A stretch of DNA of 64,000 nucleotides from Minisyncoccota bacterium (GTDB lineage Bacteria; Patescibacteriota; Minisyncoccia; Phycocordibacterales; UBA6065). Positions within the stretch are counted from its first letter, which is position 1; each line of letters opens with the position of its first letter. Below, one piece after another: positions 63,968 to 64,000 of this stretch. The translations under genes and the position numbers were made by a program. A model generated the notes under the pieces. That model did no database searches and was not told the DNA's origin. It saw only the letters and a list, made by a program, of their open reading frames with translations. Where the stretch lies: the NCBI GenBank assembly GCA_036400935.1, contig DASWWW010000001.1:46096-110095 (forward strand), in the 5' to 3' direction.

Positions 63968-64000
63968 AAAATTGATGTGTGAGAGGTACGGGCCATGCTA

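Noticed and set aside
1-64000. Alternative genetic code (TGA=Gly, as in Gracilibacteria/Absconditabacteria)
   Set aside because: Conserved genes are full length in code 11 and TGA ends genes at sensible positions (10090, 15628, 16334)

Overview
This window looks like chromosomal DNA of a Patescibacteria/CPR (Parcubacteria-like) bacterium using genetic code 11. The taxon is inferred from gene style: short housekeeping genes, four TrmB-family regulators, WSSNIGWI-repeat and S74-chaperone secreted proteins, a PilB-like ATPase, split ComEC and DUF2914. Housekeeping genes include rpsO, a XerC/D-like recombinase, xth, cca, yraN, hup, rny, clpP, rsmE, tig, ppa, nusA, folD, rplS, fur, tpiA, pgk, recJ, rnhA, sod and rpmB, plus nine canonical tRNAs. 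The strongest candidate for an undescribed system is an integrase-less tandem array of three single-gene cassettes (680, 713 and 997 bp) at the 3' end of tRNA-His. The cassettes share a 7-bp core and conserved arms carrying a promoter, a TGCA palindrome and a boxA-like motif, and the displaced tRNA terminator lies at the far end. Other highlights: (1) a duplicated tRNA-Gly with a similar insertion scar; (2) two copies of a TrmB + SAM-methyltransferase + TorF-like beta-barrel module with a shared 22-bp operator, in a lineage thought to lack an outer membrane; (3) a tmRNA-TLD-like mini RNA (G3-U70) followed by its own 16-nt antisense; (4) an unannotated, highly structured RNA candidate of about 400 nt; (5) a covarying 58-nt repeat; (6) a parS/DnaA-box cluster; (7) a Cys/His-rich + cupredoxin + DsbA operon; (8) a PilB lacking both His-box histidines. 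All calls come from reading the sequence by eye; no database search was run.
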